Of a stretch of DNA of 64,000 nt, positions 52,014 through 62,700 are shown one piece after another; position 1 is the stretch's first letter; every line of letters begins with the position of its first letter. The position numbers were made by a program, and so were the translations under genes. The notes under the pieces are model-generated. The model ran no database searches, was not told the DNA's origin, and saw nothing but the letters and a program-made list of their open reading frames with translations. The DNA comes from a virus, in the IMG/VR virus record IMGVR_UViG_3300037010_002844, positions 64,001 through 128,000 of that record. The stretch is one strand, 5' to 3'.

Positions 52014-53250
52014 CGCCCACGACCTCATCGTCATCAGAGTCAGGCGTTTCGCCTTCTCCCGCCACCTCGCCACCGTGAACGGTCAATGCTGCGTCAATGA
52101 CCTTGTCGATGAAAGGCTTGAAGACCTCGTCCTTCATCAAATCACCGAAGTCGTCCTTGTAGAACTTCTTCTCGATCAGGACTTCACCCGTCTCAGCATC
52201 GCTGACGAGCAGTTCCTTCCAGGCCTGGGTACCTGAAATCTTGATCTCCACCTTCTTCACGTTCCCCTTGGAGTCCGTGTAATCGGCAAAGACCTTGTTC
52301 TTATCGCACCATGAGCGACACTCATCGAAGATGAAGGTGTGTTCCACAATGCCTTTGCCGAAGTGAATGTCGAACTCACACTTTCGGAAAGGCGCCGCGA
52401 CCTTGTTCTTCTTGATAGAGACGGTCACGTGAATGCCGATGATGTTGCCTGCCTTGTCCTTGATGGGGCTGCCTGAGCCCAATCGAATCCGCAGCGAGGC
52501 GTGGAACGGAATGGCCTTGCCACCCGGGGTCGTCATCGGATCACCGTGCATCACCCCGATCTTTTCGCGGAGCTGGTTGATGCAGATGAACGTCACGTTA
52601 TTCTGACCGATGACGCCAGTGATCTTGCGCATACCCTTGCTGATGACGCGGGCCTGCAGACCGACCGTGTTCTGGTCGTAGTCGCCGTCGAGCTCTGCCT
52701 TCGGCGAGGTGGCAGCGACGGAGTCCCAAATCACGAGGATCGGGATGTTTTTGTCGACGATCTGCTTCGCCTTGTTGATCGTGGACTCCACGATGGCGAA
52801 GACCTCCTCGGTGCAGTGGGTATCGCAATAGACGAATTTCTTCGCCACGTTGATGCCCATGTGCCGCAGCTTATCAAGCGGCGTCGCGTTCTCAGTGTCT
52901 ACGTAAACAACGAGACCGCCCATCGACTGGACGACTGCTGCTGCATGGTATGCAAGGTGTGACTTGCCCGATGAAGGCAGGCCAGAGATCTCGATGATGC
53001 GTCCCTCGGGATAACCGCCCCCGAGAGCATTTCGAATCGCGTAGTTCAGTTGGATCGACCCTGTGTCGATCCACCGCTTAACAACCGTCGGTGCTTCGTC
53101 CTCACTCAGATTGTACGCCACCCGGACGCCGAACTCCTTGTTGAGCGCCTTGATGAGGTCGGAGGTGAGATCATCGATCTCATCCCCCGGCTTCTTCTTA
53201 GACGTCTTCTCGGAATCGACGTTGGGGGCTGCCTTAGCTGCCCTCGCCAT
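52006..53250 (-). CDS. recA: RecA-family recombinase.
   Basis: Walker A ISGLPSSGKSHL. ICINQLREKIGVMHGDPMTTPGGKAIPFHASLRIRL is nearly the RecA [35 protein letters not shown] segment. Confidence 0.85.
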   Translation of the reverse strand: MARAAKAAPNVDSEKTSKKKPGDEIDDLTSDLIKALNKEFGVRVAYNLSEDEAPTVVKRWIDTGSIQLNYAIRNALGGGYPEGRIIEISGLPSSGKSHLAYHAAAVVQSMGGLVVYVDTENATPLDKLRHMGINVAKKFVYCDTHCTEEVFAIVESTINKAKQIVDKNIPILVIWDSVAATSPKAELDGDYDQNTVGLQARVISKGMRKITGVIGQNNVTFICINQLREKIGVMHGDPMTTPGGKAIPFHASLRIRLGSGSPIKDKAGNIIGIHVTVSIKKNKVAAPFRKCEFDIHFGKGIVEHTFIFDECRSWCDKNKVFADYTDSKGNVKKVEIKISGTQAWKELLVSDAETGEVLIEKKFYKDDFGDLMKDEVFKPFIDKVIDAALTVHGGEVAGEGETPDSDDDEVVGDD

Positions 53251-53260
53251 GTCGCCTCAC

Positions 53261-54163
53261 TTATTCGTTGTCCATCAACTCGTCGAACGCCTCGTCAAGC
53301 GTCTGCTTCTTCACCGGTGCGGCCGAAGCATCGTCATCATCAACCTTGGGCTTGCGAGGCGAAGCCTTCGCCGGCTTCACTGCCTCAGCCTTGGGAGCCG
53401 CAGGTTCATCATGGGCTTTGGCGCCGCGCACGTCCTTCACCAGCTCGTCGAGCTGGTCCTTAGGAGCGGCAGAACCACGCTGAGTGCCCTCGTCACCCGA
53501 GGAGCTCTCGCCGCCCGAGAGCCAGGTGCTAAGGATCGACTCGATCTCTTCCTTGGACTTCAGGCGATACATGTCATCAAGGTTGGGGACTGCGTCGAGC
53601 CAGGACTGCGCCTGCTTCGAATCATCATGCAGCTTGCTGGCCTTCGGCTTGCAAGAGACGGCGGTGTCCTGGAACTGCTTGCCAGGCGCCTGGGAGATAA
53701 CGACCTTGAGGTCGAACCCTTCGTTCGGGTCCAGGATGTCGCCATAGTCCTCATCGAGGAAAAAACCCAGTAGCTGCTGATAGACGATCTTGCCGAAGCT
53801 CCAAACCATCACGCCCTTGTCTTCCTGACCGCGAACGATGACCGGAGCATAGGCACGCATCTTTGGGAGCAACTTCTTTGCCAAGAGCCTGTCGTCAGGC
53901 TTACCGCTGCTGAAGAGCTTCTTGATCAGATCGTCAATCGGATCGGGCTTGTTGAACTGCTTGGGAGACAGAATGCCGGCGTTGGTGCCGATGTAGTAGA
54001 ACCAACGCTCCATGAACGGATTCTCTGAAGAGTTGTTCTTCCATGGAAGACAACGGATCCTGTACTCACCGACGCCCGGCTTCCAGAGTTGGACCGACGA
54101 CGTCTTCTTCGTGCCATTGAGTTCTGCCATGCGGCGACGAATCGCCTCGAGATCTACTGCCAT
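53261..54163 (-). CDS. gp32-like single-stranded DNA-binding protein.
   Basis: LEAIRRRMAELNGTKKTSS..W....GEYRIRCLPW parallels the T4 gp32 AELAAQMAKLNGNKG...W...GQAVIRFLP. It has an acidic C-terminal tail (LDEAFDELMDNE). Confidence 0.7.
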   Translation of the reverse strand: MAVDLEAIRRRMAELNGTKKTSSVQLWKPGVGEYRIRCLPWKNNSSENPFMERWFYYIGTNAGILSPKQFNKPDPIDDLIKKLFSSGKPDDRLLAKKLLPKMRAYAPVIVRGQEDKGVMVWSFGKIVYQQLLGFFLDEDYGDILDPNEGFDLKVVISQAPGKQFQDTAVSCKPKASKLHDDSKQAQSWLDAVPNLDDMYRLKSKEEIESILSTWLSGGESSSGDEGTQRGSAAPKDQLDELVKDVRGAKAHDEPAAPKAEAVKPAKASPRKPKVDDDDASAAPVKKQTLDEAFDELMDNE

Positions 54164-54319
54164 GATTTCCTCTACCTTTTCCGTATTCCATGAATCGACG
54201 GAATGGACCGCACCATGCGGCTCATACCATCTTACAGATCAAGCTTTCACAAGTTCAAGAGACAAAACGTCCTACCATCACAATCGATGTGGTGGCCAGA
54301 TTTCGTCGGTGGAGCGCTG

Positions 54320-54580
54320 TCACTTCCGGCGCTTTTTGCCGGCGTTCTTCCTGCGACCCATGGCGTCAGGGTTCGCACCCAGCGGCGCGGTGTACCCAGC
54401 GACGGCTCCAACACCCGAAAACTCATTGACGTCTTCAACCTCATCACGCTTCTTTCCGTCTTCCGATCCCGTGTCCGGTTCAATGAGCTGGTTTGGAACG
54501 CGAGCATCCCTGGCCGACTCGAGGACCATCCTAACATACCGCACGAGCAATGTCTTGCCCATACTAATAAGTATGACCAC
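54320..54580 (-). CDS. Hypothetical small protein with a basic tail.
   Basis: 86-aa ORF, with a possible start at MGKTLLVRYVRMVLESARD. Weak call. Confidence 0.3.
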   Translation of the reverse strand: MVILISMGKTLLVRYVRMVLESARDARVPNQLIEPDTGSEDGKKRDEVEDVNEFSGVGAVAGYTAPLGANPDAMGRRKNAGKKRRK

Positions 54581-54621
54581 GAGCCGGATTTGTTGAACTC
54601 AGCGACGCAGCGGGTCACTTT

Positions 54622-55209
54622 TCAGGGAAAGCGACCCTTCTCCTGCATCGTCGAGACGTAGTCTGCGGTCATGACAACGTGAGCCAGCAACGGTTCCTTG
54701 AGGCAGTACTGTTTGTTCTCTTCGACGACCCAACCGTCGTTCAAGAGGATGGCCAGCGTCTCATCCCGCGTCAACTTCAGACCGTAGTGATTGCAGAGGA
54801 AGACGCCGCGATGAGGCACCGACATGTGATCGATCTCGCGGTTGTACGAATAGAGCTCACCGCGCTTCGCCTGCCAGTCTTCGGCAAGGACGTAGTAGTC
54901 CTTCTCATGGTCGCCGACCTTGCCCAGATCGTGGAAAAGGCAGCTGATGATGAGCGAGTCCTTCGGGACCGTCCACCCCATCGACTTCACATACGTCATG
55001 GCATTGCCAAGGACGCGCAACGAATGGTCCACCAACCCGCCCGGAAAGGCGTTGTGATAATCCTTCTTACCCGAGGCAGGACACAGTGCTAGGCGCTCAC
55101 CCAGGCCGTCAACCAAGGCTAGGGCATCAGTGGAGCGCGGGCCGAGCTTTTCGCACAATGCGCGGTACTTGTTGAAGCTCTTCTCAATCTCTTCTGCTGT
55201 CAGCGACAT
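54622..55209 (-). CDS. HD-domain phosphohydrolase.
   Basis: H...SCLFHDLGKVGD (HD motif), with downstream His/Asp residues. Confidence 0.8.
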   Translation of the reverse strand: MSLTAEEIEKSFNKYRALCEKLGPRSTDALALVDGLGERLALCPASGKKDYHNAFPGGLVDHSLRVLGNAMTYVKSMGWTVPKDSLIISCLFHDLGKVGDHEKDYYVLAEDWQAKRGELYSYNREIDHMSVPHRGVFLCNHYGLKLTRDETLAILLNDGWVVEENKQYCLKEPLLAHVVMTADYVSTMQEKGRFP

Positions 55210-55231
55210 GTAAGAATCGTACCCTTCACGT

Positions 55232-56458
55232 TCACCGTGTACAAGTAATGAACTCGCACTTCAATGGAAAATAATTGACGTAGCCCGGAACTCGCACCTT
55301 GTCAATTGATTTGACGATGTCAATGCAATCAGGCGCCACATCGAGCAGTAGCGCATCGTGCAGCACAAAGATGGGCCTGACGCCGGGCAATCCCGAGAAC
55401 TGGTTGACGAGCTCTGAAAACCCGAGGAGGCTAACGTCAACACCGGTCGACTGGGCATACGTATTGATGAGGATGTGATCAAGCGGTTCCTCGATCAACA
55501 GCGACCTGCCATAGCGATTGGTGACGTGGCCTGTCTTGATGAACTCGTCCTTGACACGCTTCAACAGTTCCTTGGTACGAAAGAATCGCTTGACCTTGCC
55601 AACGAAGTCGTTGAGTTCCTTGCCTTCGATCCCGAGCACCTCACCCAATGAATGCTTGCCAGATCCGTAGAGCTCAGAGATAACGGCCTGCTTGATGGCG
55701 TTCCGTGAGGCGGTCCCAGCAAACAACTCACGGGAAATGAACGTGTACATGTCAGCGTCTTCGCAACGACCACCGGCCTCGTACAGCAGGACACGGGCCT
55801 CCAATGCCGCGAAGTCAACGTAGGCAATGGCACCACCTTCCTCGACGGGTACTACCATGTCGCGGAACTCTCGCTTCAAGCTAAGGATCGCGGGCCCGCT
55901 TGCGGTCGTCAAGCGCCCAGTGCGTGTTCCGAAGCGATCATAGTCAACGATGGTTGCCATGCCGTCGCTGTCAGGTTGAAAGCTCTCAATCACCTTAGCA
56001 TTGTTTCCCGCGGACGCCCGCAGCTCTAGGTACCGAGCCTTGTCAACACGTGCAGGTTGCAACGACCTGAGGACGGCCGATTGGGGAACCCACGTGTTCA
56101 CGTAATAATCTCGTGATAGGGTGTCCAAGGCAACAGTGGCCTCATTTATGAGGCTTTTTACGAGGCCGCGGTGTTCCCTTTCTGGCATCACCTGTGACCA
56201 CGGCGGCTGCACGTTAGAACCCGACATCAACAGGTTCATTGCATTGATGAATCTCTCGGGTGGTCGAGAGGAAATCTCCTTGCCCGCTAGACGCATCACA
56301 GTGTCCAGGCACCTGTCAGAACGCAGCTTCACCTGGCCCGACAGGTGCCAGACGCCCAAAGGCACATCGTCGACCCAGCGGTAACCCGTGTCGACGTACA
56401 GGTGACGTTCCGTGCCCATCAACCGCGAGTCAATGCAAAAAGGTTCTGTCACGAGCAA
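55232..56458 (-). CDS. Minimal family-A (PolA-like) DNA polymerase domain.
   Basis: Motif A is YVDFAALEARVL, motif B is RNAIKQAVISELYGSG, motif C is IFVLHDALLLDV. Only 408 aa, with no recognisable exonuclease domain. Confidence 0.65.
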   Translation of the reverse strand: MLVTEPFCIDSRLMGTERHLYVDTGYRWVDDVPLGVWHLSGQVKLRSDRCLDTVMRLAGKEISSRPPERFINAMNLLMSGSNVQPPWSQVMPEREHRGLVKSLINEATVALDTLSRDYYVNTWVPQSAVLRSLQPARVDKARYLELRASAGNNAKVIESFQPDSDGMATIVDYDRFGTRTGRLTTASGPAILSLKREFRDMVVPVEEGGAIAYVDFAALEARVLLYEAGGRCEDADMYTFISRELFAGTASRNAIKQAVISELYGSGKHSLGEVLGIEGKELNDFVGKVKRFFRTKELLKRVKDEFIKTGHVTNRYGRSLLIEEPLDHILINTYAQSTGVDVSLLGFSELVNQFSGLPGVRPIFVLHDALLLDVAPDCIDIVKSIDKVRVPGYVNYFPLKCEFITCTR

Positions 56459-56490
56459 ATCGTAACTCGCAAAAGGCCACGATTACACGG

Positions 56491-59400
56491 TCACTTATCG
56501 AGGACCAAGGGATGTGACTTAATCTTGTCAACGAGCTGCGGCGCGCCTTCATATTTGCCATAGGCATCATAGAAGGCCATTGTTAGGCTCGATTCGAACT
56601 TGCCCGGTGCCAGAGTGTGCGTCAAACCAGAGATGCCGTAGATGTTGTCCAACGTGGTGCCGGTGTTGAAGTCAATAAAGAACAGTTGCGAGTAGTTCAA
56701 CAACGGACAACCTATCGTCCGCAGCGTCAATGCTGCAGGAATCACCTTCAAAGGCAGTCCACCCATGCCGCCGCCCTGTGGAGTCGCCTGGACCTTCTTG
56801 CCCGAATTGAGGCCCAACAGCTGCGCTGCGGTCAGGTTAGCATCGTGCTTCGTCTGAACCGATGCATCGATGATTCCCGAGGCATTCATGCCATAGACGA
56901 GGCTGGGCACCATCTTGGAGACCAGGTGCTTGATGCTCTGGTTGCTAGAGACCTCAGTGACCTCGATCAGCTTCACGTGAATCGGGCTGTCATTTGAGTC
57001 GCTCGCTGTCGCAGTCTTAGATGCAATCTTGGTCTTCAGCGGTCCCGCCGTGGTGACCGTCTTCTCGTCATCCCCGTGGTATGCCTTAACCCAGGAATTT
57101 GCATCGACTTCATAGATCGACGAGGCAGAGCCCAAAGGCGTGTCGGCCCGCAGCAGCGCGCCGGCAGCGCGGTACGGGTTAACGGTCTTGTCATAGATGT
57201 GAACGCGGACGATCTTCTTGATCTTTGAGAAACCCGCTGAGCCCGGCTTTGACGGTGAACCCTCGTAGTAACGCAGTAGGTCAGTCGGCACGTCCTTGGT
57301 GGCATCACTAGATGACGCCTTGGCGTGCGTCGTCTCAATGTAGACCTCGATCTGTGGCATCTGAAATGCGCCGCGCTGGCCGTTGACCGACCAGATCAAC
57401 TGGTCGTACTGTGATGCCGTTGCATTGTCCTTGAATGCTGGATCGCGGCCTTTAGGATCCCAAGGTTTGAAGACCTGCGCTGACTTGAATCCATACCCGA
57501 TGGCGCGAGGATCCTGCAGCTGAGCGTCGATGGCCAACTTGACAAACTGTTCAATCGTCATCGTCGTGGTGCCACGGGATTCGATAACTTCCTTGTACTG
57601 TCGCAAAAAGACGGGAAGGTCGATTGGAAACTCGGCGATGCTGATGGCTGAGGCCGGACCGCACTTGTCGTTCAAGGTGTAGAACAACAGTTGAAATTCG
57701 TCGACGCTCTTGACGGTGAACAAGGCCGGGCCCATAAAGACGCTGAAGAGCTTGCCGAACGAGCAGTAGCCTTTCTTCAGGCCGTCCTTCTTCAGATCGT
57801 CGCTCAAGGGATCTGATTTCAGGTACGTCTCCATCTCCTTCAGCAGCGGATGCGAATCATCGGGTCCCGCCTCAGCCTTACGCTTGTCATCCTTGACCCT
57901 GAAAGGCAAGAATGGATCTGGCCCCCTCGACAGTTCCTCAAACTTCCGCGCTACGTATGAAGACGCAATGTTCTTGTACTGCTGCTGGTAATCAAAGACG
58001 TCCTTATTGGCACCGCCCGCTGAAGCGTACAGTTGCTTCAGCTTGGCGATCAATGGATCTGATGTACCTGCGCCAATCTTGCCTGAGTTTCGCAGTGCCG
58101 TCTCGAGCGCAGTGATCGCGTCCAACACCTCGTTGGGCTTCAGATTTGGAAATCCGCCTTGTTCAGCGGTATCGAGGACCATGAACCCGCGGATCTCCTT
58201 GTTGAGACCAGTAGGTGGATTGAGGTTGTAGGCACGGCGAAGTTCACCGATCTGTCGAGCAAGGTCCTCAATCTTCTGCGAGATCTGCTTGAAACCTTCC
58301 TCTGGATCATCAGTGACCTTGATGTCGCGCATCTCAGAGACTGACTTGGTGAACAACTCCAAGGTGATCGTCACTTGACCGACCTGGTCGAACGCAAAGC
58401 CTGCGTTCATGACGCCGTACGCCTCGCGGATCAACATGTTGTTGTTGATGAAGTCAGCGTACGTCTGCGTCGACTTTGTGTCAGATGCTGGCTCGTATGG
58501 ATGTCGCCAGCCGTACGTCAGCCACACTGTGGTGCGTGTGTAGGTCGTGGGCTGAATCAGGTCGGCCAACTCAGCTAGCCTAGAGCGATCGTGCAGCTTG
58601 ATGACCGCCGTGGCCTTCTTGTAGGACATGATGCCCACGGTGGGTGCCACGTTGATGGTGACGTTCTCCAGGGACGCAAAAGGCCGTGTTGGATCGATGA
58701 CGTCAACGTAGCGCTTGCCTTGCTTGGCGGTCACCGGGTCCATGTTGATCAACGTCTGAGGAGCTGTGAACAGTTCCATTCCCGCCGTCGACTTCATGCG
58801 CTGTGAGTCTTTGTCCTCGCCGACCGTCGTCCTAGCGCCGAACATTGCCGCGTTAGGCGTGTCAGCCTGTAGCTTGTCGCCGCCCAATAGGAACTTGAGC
58901 ATGCCAGCGGTGGTCAACGTCAAGGCCTTGTCGTCGCCTTTACTGATACCGCGGTCGAACTCAAACTCGAGCTCTAGGTACGGAACGCACCGCGAGATCA
59001 CCGTCGTCGGCAGGAAATTCAAGAACAGTTCGACCTTCTGCGCATCACGGGCCATTGGCGTGATGAAGGGCGACCGCGAGACGAAGATGCTCAAATCGCG
59101 ATCACCGCGAATCTTGTCGGGATCTTTAAATCCGACGATCTTGTCAACGCTGATGTCATCCTTGACCGTCTTACCGTCAGCGTCTTGATAGATGTACGGA
59201 TATGTCACGTCCGACAGCTTGCCAGCGCCTGCAGTCGTGTAAAAGTTGATCAACCGATTGAACAACTTAAGGTCTTCCGCACCCGTCGACTTGGTCGACA
59301 GTTCTTGCATTTTGGCCAACATCGTGGCAGCATCATAGACGCCACCATTGCCACCTTCGAGCATCAGCCTTTGCAGCTGACGTAGGACAGAATTACGGTT

Positions 59401-59499
59401 CGTGGCATCACTACCTAGACTGACCTTCTGCGCAGCCAACAGATCTGCGGGCTGCAGCATTTGAAAGATACTCTCGAGGCTACCAAAATCACCTGTCAT
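56491..59499 (-). CDS. Large (1002 aa) putative tail/baseplate structural protein.
   Basis: Long ORF tightly packed next to the LysM tail protein. No motif recognised. Confidence 0.45.
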   Translation of the reverse strand: MTGDFGSLESIFQMLQPADLLAAQKVSLGSDATNRNSVLRQLQRLMLEGGNGGVYDAATMLAKMQELSTKSTGAEDLKLFNRLINFYTTAGAGKLSDVTYPYIYQDADGKTVKDDISVDKIVGFKDPDKIRGDRDLSIFVSRSPFITPMARDAQKVELFLNFLPTTVISRCVPYLELEFEFDRGISKGDDKALTLTTAGMLKFLLGGDKLQADTPNAAMFGARTTVGEDKDSQRMKSTAGMELFTAPQTLINMDPVTAKQGKRYVDVIDPTRPFASLENVTINVAPTVGIMSYKKATAVIKLHDRSRLAELADLIQPTTYTRTTVWLTYGWRHPYEPASDTKSTQTYADFINNNMLIREAYGVMNAGFAFDQVGQVTITLELFTKSVSEMRDIKVTDDPEEGFKQISQKIEDLARQIGELRRAYNLNPPTGLNKEIRGFMVLDTAEQGGFPNLKPNEVLDAITALETALRNSGKIGAGTSDPLIAKLKQLYASAGGANKDVFDYQQQYKNIASSYVARKFEELSRGPDPFLPFRVKDDKRKAEAGPDDSHPLLKEMETYLKSDPLSDDLKKDGLKKGYCSFGKLFSVFMGPALFTVKSVDEFQLLFYTLNDKCGPASAISIAEFPIDLPVFLRQYKEVIESRGTTTMTIEQFVKLAIDAQLQDPRAIGYGFKSAQVFKPWDPKGRDPAFKDNATASQYDQLIWSVNGQRGAFQMPQIEVYIETTHAKASSSDATKDVPTDLLRYYEGSPSKPGSAGFSKIKKIVRVHIYDKTVNPYRAAGALLRADTPLGSASSIYEVDANSWVKAYHGDDEKTVTTAGPLKTKIASKTATASDSNDSPIHVKLIEVTEVSSNQSIKHLVSKMVPSLVYGMNASGIIDASVQTKHDANLTAAQLLGLNSGKKVQATPQGGGMGGLPLKVIPAALTLRTIGCPLLNYSQLFFIDFNTGTTLDNIYGISGLTHTLAPGKFESSLTMAFYDAYGKYEGAPQLVDKIKSHPLVLDK

Positions 59500-59502
59500 G
59501 CA

Positions 59503-59796
59503 TCACCCCGTGATTCCTACGACAGCGCCTAGATCCGGGATCCGGATGACGGTCCCAGCGGGAACCTGCATTCCCCAGCCAATGTCGCTGGCAGCAGCCA
59601 AGACCCACCAGTACCGTGAGTCGCCGTAGATAGTTCCGGCCAGCGTATCAAGTCGCTCGACACCGCGTAGCAACAGGGTCTTGGTCGGCACCGTGCCTGC
59701 CTTGATCGCAGCACGCAGGTTATTGATCGACTCAGTCGTACCGTACTGTCGACCAAAATCAAGGATGGGTGTGCGAGCGTATCGAGATGCTGCCAT
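59503..59796 (-). CDS. LysM-type tail protein (P2 gpX-like).
   Basis: GVERLDTLAGTIYGDSRYWWVLAAASDIGWGMQVPAGTVIRIP parallels P2 gpX GDTLDAICVRYYG...VLAANPGL...LPHGTAVELP as recalled. Confidence 0.6.
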   Translation of the reverse strand: MAASRYARTPILDFGRQYGTTESINNLRAAIKAGTVPTKTLLLRGVERLDTLAGTIYGDSRYWWVLAAASDIGWGMQVPAGTVIRIPDLGAVVGITG

Positions 59797-59799
59797 GGC

Positions 59800-62700
59800 T
59801 CACTTCTTGTCGTCAGTATCAGTCGATGGAGCAAAGTAACCCACCGGATAAATGGGAGCCCGATTGTACCCCTGCGAATCGAGACCAGGCGAGATGTCGT
59901 GGATGGGCGTGAATGAGATGGTGACCTTGCACATCATCGGTGCCTTGTGACCAGGCCTGTCGTCCCAATTGACCTTGTCGTACCAGTCAAAGTTCATGGA
60001 ATCGATGAAACCCGCCAAGCCCCGGCCGCCTGCTGACTTGAACGACTTGACAAGTGCGTTCTTCTCAGGATCAAGGAAGTTGCTCAACGAATCGAGCGAT
60101 GTGACCTTGGCGCCTGAAGCCTGGTTGATTGCCTTCAATGTGCTCTGCGTCGGACGCAATTCCGAAGACTTGACGAGGAACTTCTGATTGATGATCTTGT
60201 TCAGAGGATCTTTGTCATTATTGTACAAATTTGTGATGGCCCGAGTAAGCGCGGCCTGTCGAGCAGGATCAGTGATTCCTTGCGAGTTGAAGAACGCAGC
60301 GTCGGGCATCTTGACCTGGACTGCTACAACATCTGCATCGTCTGTCGTTGAGACAACATTGACAGGAATCATGTCAGCATAGGCATCGACCTTCCACCGA
60401 GGGGCCGACGGCACCTGATTGCTAGGCAGCGGATTGCTCTTGCCTGCGTCGGACGCGGAATCGTAGATCTGACCCGGAGTCACGAACCAAGTCTTTTCTG
60501 ACGGCGTGGTTCGTGACTTGATGATCTCCGGCGGTACCTTAAACTGGTTACCTGCATCAAAGTCAAGGCCAGAACTATCACCGAACTGTGCCACCGAATC
60601 ACCACCCAACGTGGCTCCAAAGAGCCTGGCCAACGCGAATCGTGAGTAGTTGGTCGACAACAGGTTGCCCAGCCTCAATCGAACCAACGGTGATGCTGCA
60701 ATCATCTGGCTAAACGGTTGGGTGAAGGCGTAGTTGTTGTCCTTGTCTGACAACCAACGACCTTCGCTGTACTGTGGATAGATGAGAGTCGTCAGCTTGT
60801 TGATTTTGACCCACATGTCCTTGAAATCAGCCGGGCTCGTGGCGGCCACGTAGAAGCTGAGGCCGATCTTGCGGACGGTGCTCTTGTAGATCTTGACGGG
60901 CTCTACACGCCCGAAGCCATCAGATGATTCATAGTTGGCCGTGTAATCGTCAGACAATGACGACAGGAAGGCGTGGAAGGCAATAATCTCGTTGGTCCTC
61001 ACATCGTGAAAATAGAACGGGATGTACTCAGCATCGAGAGCACGTTCCATGTTCCGCAACGTGACATCGTTGTCGTTATCAGAGCCCTTGCCGACCGGGA
61101 TACGATTGCCGTTCTTCTTGCTGGCATCGTTCGACAACAGGTAGTACTGCGCTCGAGTGTCTGCGTCTTCTGAGGCAATGCCTGATTGGAAGCTACCCAA
61201 GTTATCAGTCGTGGCCTGCAGCGCTAGCGTGGCATTCGGCAGCAGGTACAACGCAGGTGCTCTGTTAGAGCTCCACGCCAGCTTGAGATTCTTGCCATCG
61301 CCCATTCGGTTCTTGCCGATGACATTTGACGGAACGTCATCGGGCAGCTTGTCGATGCTCGAGCGCCTGACGGGCTCACCCGGGGCGCTGATGTTGTCAA
61401 AGTCACTGTCGGTCAAGATCTTGTCGCCCAACGTTGAAAACACGTTCAAGGCTGAGACCAACTTTGAATGCCTCAACACATCGAGCATCGACAGCAGGTT
61501 CTTAACGCCAGACACCAGGTTGTTGCTCTGAAAGATCTTCTTGATTGACTCGATGATGCTAGAGATTGAACGGATGACAGCACGTGCAACGACAGAGTTG
61601 TAGCCCGGCGCAGACGTGATGGCTGTGGCATCGATCGTGACCAGGGCACCAGCGGTGCCATCACTAGAAATGCCAAAGAATGCCAGCGTCCCGACCTTGA
61701 GGCAGTCCGAAAACCTATGCAATGTGGGCCTGATTCCCAAGAGGGCGCCGATGTCCAACGGAAAGTTCGGTGGGAATGCATTGGGATCAGCCAGCTTAGC
61801 CTTTGTTGAAGATCCCAAGATGAAGCGACCGTCTCTCGTCTTCTTGTCTTCTGGCGTTCCTTTGATCAATGACAACAATGAGGCCAGGCCCTCGAACAGC
61901 AACTGAACTCCTGCTGTCAAGGCAGTCGACAGGGCGATCATGCCCAATGACGTGATTCCTGAGTAGGTATCGTATGTGTTGTTCATAGATCCCCACGAGC
62001 CATTGGCGATCGACACCAGGCCTTGGTCGGGAATCTCGTCAGCGCTGATGGTCCGGAGGACGTCTTGCGCCTCCAACATCGACAGGTCAATCTTGGTCGT
62101 TCCCAGTTGGTTGAATGACGGCAAGATCGCCTTGGCTTCCATGCCGCCGGAGCTGGGATTCAGACCTTCCTTTGCGGAGTTCAGCTCGCGGGATGCACGC
62201 ACCGACAAGGCAACGCCGACCTGTGCCATTCGTTTGGTCGAAAATCGACCAAACTTGGGTGAGTACAATGTCGGATTATCACTGGCCCCATAGGGAGCGT
62301 CAGACGTAAAGCGATTGTTGGCCAACACAGACTTGGTGTAGTTGCCGACCGTCGTGCCGTCGACTGACCCGTCGGGCACGTCGGGCAGCAAATGATTGCC
62401 GTCAATCGCATCGGGCGGCGAGCCCAACTCTTTGCCTTTCTTGAGCTTGACGATCGCCGGATCAGGCGCGGTGTACTTCTTATCGTCAGTTTGCGCGCCC
62501 GTCATCCATCCCTTCAAATTTGATGTGGATGAAGTGCCGCCGATGATGCTCTTGCCTTTCGTGAAGAAGGTAGAATTTTCGGTGGTGTGATCGGGCGCTG
62601 GAATAGCGGGCGTCTGATTGTTAGGCGCGGAAGTACTGGCATCAGATGCCGTGCCATCGACGGGGTAGTAGTTGATCTGCGTCTTCTTACCCAAGTAGTC

